The position numbers and the translations under genes were made by a program. Below, piece after piece: positions 1 to 12,558 of a stretch of DNA of 64,000 nucleotides; positions within the stretch are counted from its first letter, which is position 1, and every line of letters starts with the position of its first letter. The stretch comes from Octopus vulgaris (lineage: Eukaryota). The stretch spans positions 73,594,001 to 73,658,000 of the forward strand of contig OX597824.1 in the NCBI GenBank assembly GCA_951406725.2, written 5' to 3'. The notes beneath the pieces are model-generated. The model searched no databases. It saw nothing but the letters and a program-made list of their open reading frames with translations, and had not been told where the DNA came from.

Positions 1-2294
1 TGGGTTGGACGGTTCGACCGGGGATCTGGGAAGCCAGAAGGCTGCACCAGGCTCCAGTCTTATCTGGTAATGTTTCTACAGCTGGATGCCCTTCCTAACG
101 CCAACAACTCCGTGAGTGTAGTGGGTGCTTTTTACGTGCTACCTGCACAGGTGCCAGGCGAGGCTGGCAACGGCCACGGTCGGTTTGGTGCATTTTATGT
201 GCCACCGGCACGGAAGCCAGTCGAGGCGACGCTGGCATCGGCCATGAGACGGATAGTGCTTTTTACGTACCACCAGTCCAGGGGTCCTGGCTGGTTCAAT
301 TCGATTTCGATTTCCCCAACATGTCTTCGCAAACAAAGGGGGTTGGCATGGGTGCCTGTCGTCGGATGAGGTTCTATATCGACTTCGCTTGCCTCAACAG
401 GTCTTTGTGTCCAAGGGAGGAAAGGCATGCATAAGTGGGCTGGGCTCACTTGTCCTGCCTGGTCTTCTCACGTACAGCATATTTCCAAAGGTCTCGGTCG
501 CTGGTCATTTCCTCAGTGAGGCCTAAAGTTTGAAGGTCGTGCTTCACCACCTCGTCCCAGGTTTTCCTGGGTCTACCTCTTCCACGGGTTCCCTCAACTG
601 CTAGGGATTGGCACTTTCTCACACACCTATCTTCATCCATTCTCGCCACATGACCATACCAGCGCAATCGTCTTTCTTGCACACCACAACTGATGCTTCT
701 TAGGTACAACATTTCTCTCAAGGTACTAACGCTCTGTTGAGTATGTACACTGACTTTACACATCCATCGGAGCATACTGGCTTCATTCCTCACGAGCTTA
801 CGCATGTCCTCAGCAGTCACGGCCCATGTTTCACTGCCATGTAGCATGGCTGTTTGTACACATGCATCATACAGTCTGCCTATTACTCTGAGTGAGAGGC
901 CTTTAGTCACCAGCAGAGGTAAGAGCTCCCTAAACTTTGCCCAGGCTATTCTTATTCTTTCAGCGCACCCACCCCCACTACTGACTTGGTCATCTAGATA
1001 ACGGAAGCTATCAACTACTTCTAGTTTTCCCCCTGGAAAGTGACGGAAGTTGTTTTCTGCAGATTTTCGGAGGTTAATGCTCCCGAGCATCTGCCACATA
1101 CAAAAACTATCTTCCCAGTTAGCCTACCTTTGACATTGCTGCACCTCTTATGTGTCCATAGCTTACACTGGGTACATCTTATAGAGTTTCTACTTACACC
1201 TTTTCTACAGATTGTGCAGGGTCATCTTCCTGAAGATATTTGTGGATTGTCTACCTTCCTACTTATTAGTACTTTGGTTTTAGCTAGGTTGACTCTAAGG
1301 CCCCTCGATTCTAAACCCTCCTTCCACACCTGGAACTTCTCCTCCAGTTCTGATAGTGACTCAGCAATTAGAGCAAGGTCGTCAGCATCGAGGAGCTCCC
1401 AGGGTCAACCTGTCTTGAATTCCTCCGTAATTGCCTGGAGGGCTATGATAAATAGGAGGGGGCTGAGTACTGAACCCTGGTGGACCCCAACCTCTACTTT
1501 GAATTCTTCTGTGTACATGTTGCCAACCCTAACCTTACTTACGGCATCTCTGTACATGGCTTGCACAGCCCTCACCAGCCATTCATCTATCCCTAGTTTC
1601 CTCATTGACCACCAGATAAGGGATCGGGGGACCCTATCAAAGGCTTTCTCCATGTCAACAAAAGCCAGGTACAGGGGCTTATCTTTGGCTTGGTATTTCT
1701 CCTGCAGCTGCCTTACCAGGAATATAGCATCAGTGGTACTTTTCCCTGGCACGAACCCAAACTGCATCTCATCTAAACTAACTCTCTCTCTAATTAGTTG
1801 GGCTATGACCCTCTCCGTAACCTTCATTACCTGATCCAACAGCTTGATACCTCTGTAATTATTTGTATCTAGGGCATCACCTTTACCTTTGTAGCAGTTG
1901 ACTAGTATGCTGCTACACCAGTCATTGGGTATGACTCCTTCATGTATCACCTGGTTGACTATACGGGTGACTAGGTTATAGCCGACACTGCCAGATATTT
2001 TGAGCATCTCTGCAGTAATTCCTGATGGGCCTGGGGCTTTCCCTGTCTTCATGCTTCTAATTGCTTTAACTACCAAAGAATTTTCAACTCGGATGGCTGG
2101 TCTCTCTGTTGGGTTGACATTCAGCAGACTCTCTTTATCCCATTCATTTTCTTTATTCAGCAACCTTTCATAGTGGCATCTCCAAACCTCTCTCTTTGCA
2201 TCCTCATTTAGTGCAAGTGAACCATCATCCATGTGAACACACTTCTCTCCTACCACATCACGATTCTCTCCCACACACTGTCTTGCAACACGAA
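1..2294 (-). mobile_element. 5'-truncated RTE-clade LINE: interrupted reverse transcriptase ORF plus 3' UTR running off the window start
   Basis: Minus ORFs 1405-2319 (KAPGPSGI, NYRGIKLL, QFGFVPGKST, FVDMEKAFD, GVHQGSVLSP) and 446-1099 (LRWYGHVARM, RGRGRPRKTW, DRDLW). A stop precedes the ADD motif. Bases 1-445 match the (GAT)n-tailed dispersed repeat. Confidence 0.93.
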
Positions 2295-2640
2295 GGTAAG
2301 AAGTTTGCTTCTCAACCACATGCTTCTGGGTTCAGTGCCACTGCATGGCACATTGGGCAAGTGTCTTCTATAATCTCAGGCCAACCAAAGCCTTGTGAGT
2401 GGATTTGGTAGGCAAACTGAAAGAAGACTGTCGCTCGTGCGCGTGTATGTATCTGTATATTTGTGTTCGTCTCCCAATCATGTCCCTGTAACTCAGCAGT
2501 TCAGCAAATGAAACTGATAGAAAAAGTGCTAGGCTTCAAAAATAAGTCCTAGAGTCAATTTGTTTCACTAAAACCCTTCAAAGCAGTGCTCCAGAACGGT
2601 TGCAGTCAAAGGACTGAAACAAGTAAAAGAATAAAAGAAG
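2295..2640 (+). mobile_element. tRNA-type SINE family A, 5'-clipped copy abutting the LINE
   Basis: Matches the 11999-12406 copy (gggttcagt B-box, gaaacaagtaaaaga tail). Confidence 0.8.
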
Positions 2641-2649
2641 ATGAGATTG

Positions 2650-3500
2650 TACCCTAGTTGAAAACGATGACTGATCTGTTAAATTGTATAAGATCTGTAT
2701 TCAAGATAATGATCACAACAAATCTGTAGCCAAAATATTTGTTGTGACACGTTTGTATTTTCAAGACAAATGCCATAATGCTGCTGTATTCCAGATAAAT
2801 GATATGACAAATAGATTAATATTCAAGATGATTGCTATGACCAATCTGTATTTATGTTATGTATTATGACCTCTATTGTTGTATTTAGGAATGGTCATTT
2901 TGCCAGTTTAGCCAATAAAAACACACGCACTATATATTTGGTGTTACTTTGCTTCAGCGTTATTTATTTTTTACATTAATCTTAATCTTATTTCGGCCAG
3001 AGTTCTTTCATCACACTCCAGTGACCGCATCAGTGGTCCTTTGCTTTCTACTTTCTTATTTGTGTGTCTCTCCTTACTAACGGTCAGCCATTTTGTATTT
3101 TGTATTTCTATTGTATGTGTCTTCATTTGCACATGCGTATACCCCTATATGTGTCTATGTTTAGTTAGTGTGTGTGTTTGGGGAAGTGCCTGTAATATTT
3201 GTATCTCCTGTTTATATGACCTCTGTATTCAATATAATGATCACAACAGATCTGTAGCCAAATATTTGCTGTGACATCTGTATTTTTATGACAAATACTT
3301 TGATGTTGATGTATTCCAGATAAATGATGTGATTTGTATTCAAGATGAGTGCTATGACTGATCAGTATTTATGTTAAATATGACACCAGTATTCAAGATA
3401 ATGATAACAGATCTGTAGCCAAAATGTTTGCTTGTGACACATCTGTATTTTCAAGTCAACTCATTTGTTATAGCTGCATTAATAAGCCAGGATAGATTCT
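2650..3500. repeat. Degenerate ~30-bp satellite (tgacagatctgtattcaagataa-like), with further patches at 4950-5160, 5390-5460, 6900-6980 and 7620-7670
   Basis: Recurrent atctgtattcaagat and gatctgtagccaaa words. Interrupted by an insertion at 2875-3214 with a tatgacctct duplication. Confidence 0.65.
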
Positions 3501-3512
3501 ATGACACAGCTG

Positions 3513-3790
3513 TCATCATCATCATCATCGTTTAACATCCGCTTTCCATGCTAGCATGGGTTGGACGATTTGACTGAGGGCTGGTGAAACAGATGGCTGC
3601 ACCAGGCTCCAATCTTGATCTGGCAGAGTTTCTACAGCTGGATGCTTTTCCTAACGCCAACCACTCTGAGAGTGTAGTGGGTGCTTTTATGTGCCACCGG
3701 CACGGGGGCCAGTCAGGTGGTACTGGCAATGACCTCACTCGAATGTTTTTACACATGCCACTGGCACAAGTACCAGTAAGGCGACGCTGA
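3513..3790 (-). mobile_element. RTE 3'-tail copy with (GAT)n tail; others near 16075-16289(+), 24443-24631(+), 37501-37760(-), 46941-47230(-), 51618-51876(-)
   Basis: Same sequence as the LINE 3' UTR at 1-240 (ctacagctggatgcccttcctaacgccaaccactc), ending in cgttaaacgatgatgatg. Confidence 0.85.
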
Positions 3791-5159
3791 AATACAATGA
3801 CAGACCTGTATGCATGATAAATATTATGATATATGAAAGTGGTGAGCTGGCAGAATTGTTAGCAAGCTGGGCAAAATGCTTAGTGCATTTCATCCATCTA
3901 TACATTCTGAGTTCAAATTCTGCTGCAGTCAACTTTGTCCTTCATCCTTTCAGGGTCAATAAAATAGTACCAGATGAGCACTGAGGGGTCGATGTAATTG
4001 ACTTACTTCCTCCCTCAAACTTGGCTGGCCTTGTGCCAAAATTTGAAACTAATTTTATGATACCTGTATTTAGGATAAATGTTATGACAAATCTGTGTTA
4101 TTGATATGCTAAAGTGTTGCCCATGATATGACAGGTAACACTCCAGTTTATCTTTAATACTGTTGCCACCATAGCTAATAACAGTAATTATGGTAAACAT
4201 GCAATAATTATAATTCAACTTGTATCAAATTTCTTGGTGCTTATACAAAATGATGAAATGAATACCAATTTGCAAAAGAAAAATATTTATTACTTTAAAA
4301 TAAAATTAAATATTGTATATTTGCAATAAATATATGCTGTTATTTTTCTAAATATTCTCAAGATAATTGCACTCAGAAAGTTATAAGATACTTGTCCTGC
4401 ATCTCTTATGTTAACTTCCTTAGTAGCTCTCTCTTATTTTCTCTTCCTCTCTGTCCATATGATTTTAAGTGTAACTGGAGAAATCAACCAACCACCACCA
4501 CCACCATCATCATCATCACCATCATCAACATTTGACATCTGTTTTCTATGCTGGCAGGGGTTGGATGGTTTCACTGGAACTGGTAAGGCCAGGGCATGCA
4601 CCAGGCACCATTGTCTGTTCTGGCATGGTTTCTACAGCTGGATGCCCTTCTTGAGACCAATCAATCCACAGTTTACTGGGTGCTTGTTATGTAGAACCAG
4701 CTCTAGTGCTTTTAACGTGGATCAACACCAGTACTTTTAATGTGGCACTAGCACCATTGTTTTTTATGTGTCACCAGCACTGGTATCGATCCTGCTGTGG
4801 CGGACATGTGTTGTTTAGTACAGCAATGCACCAGATATCTTGGTCCTTAGTCATCTCCTGTATAAGGCTTAGCATCTTGAGATTGGCCTTCAATACTTCA
4901 TGGAGAAATCAATCACCCATGTTGATGAATATTTATATCAGTTATTTTTTTAGAGATGTGTTTTGACAGATTTGTATTTAAAATAATTGTTATGACTGGT
5001 GAATGATATAATATCTGTATTCAAGATAAAAGTTATGATAGATCTCTATTTCAAGATAAATGCTATACTATCTGTGTTCAAGATGAAGAAAGCTGTAATA
5101 GATATGTATTTTGATGTACATGATATCACAGATCTACAGCCAAGATAATTTCTTTGACA

Positions 5160-5389
5160 GGTGGCGAGCTGGCAGAAACGTTAGCACACTGGGCGAAATG
5201 CTTAGTGGTATTTCATCTGCCGTTACAGTCTGAGTTCAAATTCCGCCGAGGTCGACTTTGCCTTTTATCCTTTCGAGGTTGATAAATTAAGTACCAGTTA
5301 TGCGCTGGAGTCAATGTAATCGACTTAATACCTTGTCTGTCCTTGTTTGTCCCCTCTGTGTTTAGCCCCTTGTGGGTAGTAAAGAAATA
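5160..5389 (+). mobile_element. SINE family B (ggcggcgagctggcagaaacgttagc... with gagttcaaattcc B-box)
   Basis: High similarity to copies at 13280, 16396, 34682, 45905, 54904 and 63321. Confidence 0.85.
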
Positions 5390-6443
5390 GGTCTATGTAG
5401 AAGCAAAACATCATAAAAGATATGTGTACAAAATGACTGTTATGATAGATCTGTTGACATCATAGTTGTCAATGTCCCCATCATTGTCAATGCTACTACC
5501 ACTGTCATTATTATTTTAACATCTACTTTTGTACGCTTGCATGAGTCGGACAAAGTATTTAGGGGCAGAGTTTTTATATGCTTTTGTTACAAATCCCCAC
5601 TTGTCTCCAAGCAATGTAGTGATTTCCCAGTTGACTGAACAAACAAACAGTCTGGATGTGTTTATGTGAAGAAACAAATGTCACGGTATAAATCAGCCTC
5701 TTGTTGACAAAGATCGGGCAATATGTCAAAACATGTCAAGGAGCCTGAACATGCTTTCATGGTGTACTACAAGCAAATAACAATGTTAGAAAAGCTATTG
5801 TTTACTGTCAGTGAATGAACATAATTGGAGTGGAAATATGATCTCACATGGGTGTGCGCATGCACGCACACACACACAAACACACACACACACCATCATT
5901 GTTTAACGTTTTCTTTTCCATGTTTGGATTGATCAAATAGGATTTGTTGGGGTGCAGATATTCTGCAGTCGTAGCCCCTCTGGCACCAACCCTCATCTGC
6001 TTCCAAGCAAAATAATATTTCCCCATGACCAGACATGTTTTTACAGAATAATTGGAAATGGAGGATATTGCCTGAATGATGGTGATGCTTGTTTACAGCT
6101 ATCATGTGATGTCAAGGCAACAGCACAGTAACAAACATGTTCTCACACACACATAGAGCAAGCTTCTTTCAGTTTCCATCTATCAAATCTGCTCACAATG
6201 TTTTGGTCAGTTCAAAGCCATAATAGAAGATGCATAGTGGGACTGAACCTGGAACCATGAGGTTGAGAAGCATACTTCTTATCACACTTCTTTCAGTTTC
6301 CGCCTACCAAATTCACTCATAAGACTTTGGTTACCTTGGGACTATATAATAAAAGACACCTGTCCAAGGTGCTTTGCAATGGAACTGAACTTGAAATCCT
6401 GTGGTTAGAAAATGAATTTCTTAGCCACACAGCCATGCCTATA

Positions 6444-6854
6444 CCTCTTTTATTCTTTTACTTGTTTCAGTCATTTTGACTGTGGCCATGCTGGAGCACT
6501 GCCTTTGGTCGAGCAAATCGACCCTAGGACTTCTTCTTTGTAAGCCTAGTACTTATTCTATCGGTGTCTTTTGCCAAACCGCTAAGTTACAGGGACGTAA
6601 ACACACCAGCATCGGTTGTCAAGTGATGTTGGGGTCACAAGCACAGACACACAAACATATACACACATACATATATGTACATACATATATATGATGGGCT
6701 TCTTTCAGTTTCTGTCTACCAAATCCACTCACAAGGCTTTGGTCGGCCCGAGGCTATAGTAGAAGACACTTGCCCAAGGTGCCACATAGTGGGACTGAAC
6801 CCTGACCCATGTGGTTCGTAAGCAAGCTACTTACCACACAGCCACTCCTCCGCC
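6444..6854 (-). mobile_element. SINE family A, full length
   Basis: Reverse complement of the 11999-12406 copy, with an internal (CA/TA)n tract. Confidence 0.88.
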
Positions 6855-7677
6855 TCTGCATTGATAATAAATGCAATGTCAATTTTTATATCCAAAGTAA
6901 ATGTTATATTAGATCTGTAATCATAATAACTGACACTACAGATAGATCTGTATCTTAGATGAATGCTATGACAAATATATTTTTTCTTCTTCCTCTGTCA
7001 TGCTGCTTTCACAGATACCCATGACTCTCTGTCACCATCTAATTCCATTATCATGAATTTGAATGGGGAGCTTGAGTCATAGTGAATCTGATAGAATCAT
7101 TAGCATGCCGGGCGAAACGCTTAGCGGTATTTCGTCTGCCGTTACATTCTGAGTTCAAATTCTGCCGAGGTTGACTTTGCCTTTCGTCCCTTTGGGGTCG
7201 ATTAAATAAGTGCCATTTATGCACTGGGGTCGATATAGTTGACTTAATCCATGTGTCTCTCCTTGTTTGTCCACTCTGTATGTAGCCCCATGTGGGCAAT
7301 AAAGAAATAAATTAGTAGATTACACAACCATGGATGCTGCCCCTATGGATGCCTTGAAGTTACTGACCATTGATCTTCTAGGATTCCTCTGCTTAGTTTC
7401 AGTGTAAGAAGCATTGTTGGCTCATTTGAGCTCTTCTACTACTTCTTCACAATCTGCCATGCTGCAGTCCCATGACTTCACTGTATCCCTGGCAGGGTGG
7501 CTGTATGGGTGCTAAACTTTGCCAAAGAGCAACCCGTTACTATGCAGGGCAAGGTCATCACTCTGTGAGGTATTTTCAAAATACCCACATACCCACAGAT
7601 ATATATATATATATTGAAGTTTGATATACTTTGACAGATTTGTACTTATGGTATATGCCATGAGAGATCTATAGAAA

Positions 7678-8011
7678 GAGACCCATCAGTCTTGAATGAC
7701 CATGAGATTGCACCTAGAAAGTTACTCTCCGAGGCACAACTCCGGGCAAGGTTGTTCGTGGAAGGCCAGCAGTCGCCCCTGCATACCAGCCTCCCCTCTC
7801 CACACCACTGATGTTATCCAAGGGAAAGGCCAACGCCGATACAGCTTAGCACGAGTGATGTCGTATCTCATTTCTACAGCTGAGTTTACTGGAGCAACAT
7901 GAAATATAGTGTCTTGCTCAAGAACACAACACGCAGCCCGGTCCGTGAATTGAACTCACAACCTCACGATTGTAAGCTCAATGCTCTAACCACTGAGCCA
8001 TGCGCGTTCAC
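7678..8011 (-). mobile_element. tRNA-type SINE family D with CORE-like centre; others at 39044-39375(+), 46295-46620(-), 48925-49149(-)
   Basis: A-box tggctcagtgg and B-box gagttcaattc, then tgtgttcttgagcaagacact...ctcagctgtagaaatg. Confidence 0.8.
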
Positions 8012-8687
8012 CGAGGGATATATACTCAAGGTGAATGATATGTCAGAATCTATTTATGGTTGTTTCGTTAAAGATCATTGCTTACTCATTTACTGGAGTA
8101 TTAGCTGTCACATAATAAGTAACTTTAGAATTATACTTTTTGCTACCATGGGAAAATACCAGAAAATATGGCATACATACAGTTACTATAATTAAACTGT
8201 TATAGAATTTCTTGGTGCTTATACAAAATTATGAATTGAAAACTTTCAAAACAAAAGTATTTATTACCTTCAAAAATGAAATCAAATATCATGTATTTCT
8301 CATTTGTATATTAGCAATAAATATGTCATTATTCTTCTAAATTTTATCAACATGATAAAATTTCTACATCATTGAAAACCTCTCTTTGCAAAATTTGAAT
8401 TCCTCCTCCTCCCTTGCTGCTGCTCCTCCTTCTTTTCTGTCTATGATTCTCTGTGCTCTGTGTCTCTGTTAAGTATTCCTTTACTCATTGCCTGCACTAA
8501 GCCTAGTATGTACATTCAACTTGCACCTCTTATGTTCTCTCAGTATCTCTCTTTTACTGTCCCTCACTCTTCTCTATATTAAGTAAAGCATGACTGGATA
8601 AACCAACCAACCAACCAACCAACATTTATATTGTGTATTATCATATAGAAATTATCTAATTAATGTTTTTTTAAATTTTATTTCCAG

Positions 8688-8819
8688 CCCAGGCCTCCAT
8701 GGAAGATCTACAAATCCAGCCACATCAACTCATTGTCCATTCTTACAGATCTCCACATTTCTGTGACTTCTGTGGAGAAATGCTTTTTGGCTTGGTGAAA
8801 CAGGGACTCAAGTGTGATG
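8688..8819 (+). CDS. PRKD1: PKD exon: first part of the C1a zinc finger
   Basis: tttccag acceptor, G|gtaagc donor. Encodes (x)[43 protein letters not shown](G). Confidence 0.96.
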
Positions 8820-9609
8820 GTAAGCAAACTTACCTACCTGCTTACCTACTTACCTATCCACTTACCTATCTACTTACCTACCTACCTACCTACCTACCTA
8901 CCTACCTACTTACTTACCCACCTTCCTACCTACCTAACTACCTACTCACTTACCTACCTGCATACCTATCCACTTATTATCCTACCTACCTGCCTACTTA
9001 CCTTCCCACCTATCTGCCTCCTTACCTACCTATTTACCTACCAATCTACTTACCTACCTACCTATCCACTTATTACCTACCTACCTGCCTACTTACCTTC
9101 CTACCTGTCTGCCTCCTGACCTTCCCACTTATCTGCTGCCTTACCTACCTAGATGTATTGTAGGCAACTGATCCTAATGTTTTAAGTTTCAAATTTAGTT
9201 AATGGAGTTTCTTCTATAAGAAAAATCATTATTTTATTTTTTAATATTGTTTAACTCTATTTGCTTATTTATTTAACTATTATTGTTAACCTGAAGAGTG
9301 ACTATAATTTTAAATTGAATTGATTTTCGATTAAATTTAAATTTAATTGTAATTCAAATTTAATTATAGCCATGAAACATTCGTAGTTTTTTATATATTG
9401 ATTATTCATTTTTATACTTTTTGTGATCTAGCTATATGTTTTATAAAAATATCTTTTATTTTTTATTTATGATTTGGTTTATGTCTATCATTGTTTGAAT
9501 TGCATAATAGTGTTTTTTTATCTAATTTATATATTATATATTTATATTGTGAAATTTGATTTAATACTAAATTGAATTTTTCCCTGTAAGTTTGGAGTTA
9601 TACTCCCTG

Positions 9610-9665
<56 letters not shown>

Positions 9666-10275
9666 TAGATAGATAGATAGATATAGTAAAAAAAAATAGA
9701 GAAAAAGAAAACAAACAAACATTTGAATATGGTACAAGCAATGTATTAATAAGACACTCAGTGAAGGAAAAGATTAGAAGTTTTATGTTTCGAGCATAGC
9801 TCTTCTTTAGAAACAGGAAAGTCCAAGACATGTGGTTACATTTTAGAAGTAAGTGACCGGAAGTAGGAATGAAGAGAAAATGCTTTCTGGAACAGGAAAG
9901 TGCATAAATGGCCAGAACACATATGTGCACATGTGTGTGGTAGTGTGTGATATGTGTGGAATCATGTGGTGTGCGTGTGCACGTGTGATGTGCATATGCG
10001 TGTGTGGTGTGCATGTGCACATGTGGTGTGCGTGTGCGTGTGTGGTGATAACTGTGTGGTAGCATATGTGTGTGGTATTAACTGTGTTTGTGTATGTAGT
10101 CTGTGTGCATGTGTGTGGTAGGATCTGTGTGGTAAGTAACTTGTTTAAAAACCACATGGTTCAGGGTTCAGTACCACTGTGTGGTACTTTGGGCAAGTGT
10201 CTTCTACTATAGCCTTGGGTTGACCAAAGCCGTGTGAGTGGATTTGGTAGACAGAAACTGAAAGAAGCCTGTCGC

Positions 10276-10309
<34 letters not shown>

Positions 10310-11051
10310 TTATATGTTTGTGTGTCTGTGTTCGTCCCCCCAACATTGCTTGACAACTGATGCTGGTTCGGCAAAAGAGACTGATAGAATAACTACTAGG
10401 CTTACAAAGAATAAGTCCTGGGGGTTGATTTGCTCGACTAAAGGCAGTGCTCCAGCATGGCCACTGTCAAATGACTGAACAAGTAAAAGAGTTAAAGAGT
10501 AACTTGTGAAGTAAGCACAGTGGTGTCACTTGGCACATTGCTTCATGAAGGTCACTGCTAGCTCTCACTTTGCACTCAACCATGTTCTGCTGTCTGTTGG
10601 TGTGCCACAGAACTAGTGCAGGAACTTTTTGATACAACCTCGTACATGTATTTCAATTCAAGAAATTCTGTTTTATGCTGGTTCCAGTGCTTTTGTTTCA
10701 CTATATGAGCTTTTTTTTTCCTTTACCTGTTGAGGTATTAAAAAAGAAAAGATGACCAGAACTGTATTACATAATAATGTGGTTTAAACAATTCACATCC
10801 CTGACTTGCATTTTTTTCTTCAAGTTCTGGGAGAAATTTGTCGCTTCCCTCCACAATCACCACTACCACCACCACCACCATGACCACCACCACCACCACT
10901 GCCACCACCAAGCTTCAAATGTAATTATGGCAAGGCTTAAAGAGAATTAAGTTTGTTTGTCAGGAATGTGGCACCACTAGAGAAACCCAAAAATATCCAG
11001 TGTTTAGTGGTGACATGGCGCCATTAACACCACCGCCATCGTCACCACCAT

Positions 11052-11093
<42 letters not shown>

Positions 11094-11532
11094 AACCACC
11101 ACCACCACTACTACCACTGTCACTACCATGGCCACTACCACTTGAACAGCAACCACCAAATGCATCACAACCACCAACATTACCGCTACAGCCATCACTG
11201 CCACCATCATTATTTATACGACTATTACTGCTGTTGTTATTACCACTGTCACTATTGGTACTACCACCAACACCACCACATTTATGACTGCTTTCAATAC
11301 TAACACTACCACTACAACCACAACCACCACCATCGCCACCACTGCTGCTGCTGCTGTTATTATTGCCATTAAAAAATGGAGAAGAGAACAAAAACACATT
11401 AAAAATGTCCTATAGTCCTCAAAAAAAAATGTAATGGTCATGGGTGGAATACTTTTGATCTACTTGTGCTAGACTGACCTAGGGTTAAACAAGTGTTTTT
11501 AATTCTGCTGCTGCTGCCACGATGACCACCAT

Positions 11533-11564
<32 letters not shown>

Positions 11565-12169
11565 TACTGCTGCCGCTGCTAAATAATAATCATAATAATA
11601 ATAATTAATTCATTTATTGGTCACAAGGGCTGACAAAAATTAATTAAAACATAAAGGGACAAAACACAGGATGAAAGTTACAAAGGGTTTTGTCCGTTTG
11701 CAAAAAAACCTTCTAAAAATTCCAGAGATAACAACGAAAATATTACTCGTGGAAAAACCCATAAAAGCCATGGGAGCCTGGTCAAAAGGGGGGTAGAGAG
11801 CCCCTTTCTCTTTTTAGAATACCTTTTTCTACTACAGGTGTATCCTCAGAATTGGTCCATTTATAATGATATATAATGGTTTTAAGTTTTTTGCTCAAGA
11901 CCAGCAATTTTGTAGGGGAAAGGGTTGGTCGTTTACATTGACCTTATTGCTCTACAAGTACTTATTAACTCCCAAAAGTATGTAAAAAAAAAAAGTAAGG
12001 CGCAGGAGTGGCTGTGTGGTAAGTAGCTTGCTAACCAACCACATGGTTCCGGGTTCAGTCCCACTGCGTGGCATCTTGGGCAAATGTCTTCTGCTATAGC
12101 CCCGGGCCGACCAATGCCTTGTGAGTGGATTTGGTAGACGGAAACTGAAAGAAGCCTGTCGTATATATG

Positions 12170-12201
<32 letters not shown>

Positions 12202-12513
12202 CGTTTGTGTTTGTCTACCTAGCATTGCTTGACAACCGATGCTGGTGTGTTTACGTCCCCGTCACTTAGCGGTTCGGCAAAAGATTCCGATAGAATAAGT
12301 ACTGGGCTTACAAAGAATAAGTCCCGGGGTCGATTTGTTCGACTAAAGGTGGTGCTCCAGCATGGCCGCAGTCAAATGACTGAAACAAGTAAAAGAGTAA
12401 AAGAGTAAAGTAAAGTCAACTTTGACAGAATTTGAACTAAGAACCTAAACAATCAGAAGAAATGCCACCAAGCATTTTGTTTGATGCGCGAATGATTCTG
12501 CAATCTTGCTACC

Positions 12514-12558
<45 letters not shown>

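Noticed and set aside
1040-1834. 264-aa + strand ORF
   Set aside because: Antisense shadow of the RTE reverse transcriptase, with no independent motifs.
8820-9163. Extension of the C1a ORF into TYLP repeats
   Set aside because: Read-through into an intronic (CCTA)n array past the donor at 8820.
10960-11441. Gly/Ser-rich and Leu/Pro-rich ORFs
   Set aside because: Trinucleotide low-complexity DNA that is open in several frames, with no splice-supported link to the gene.
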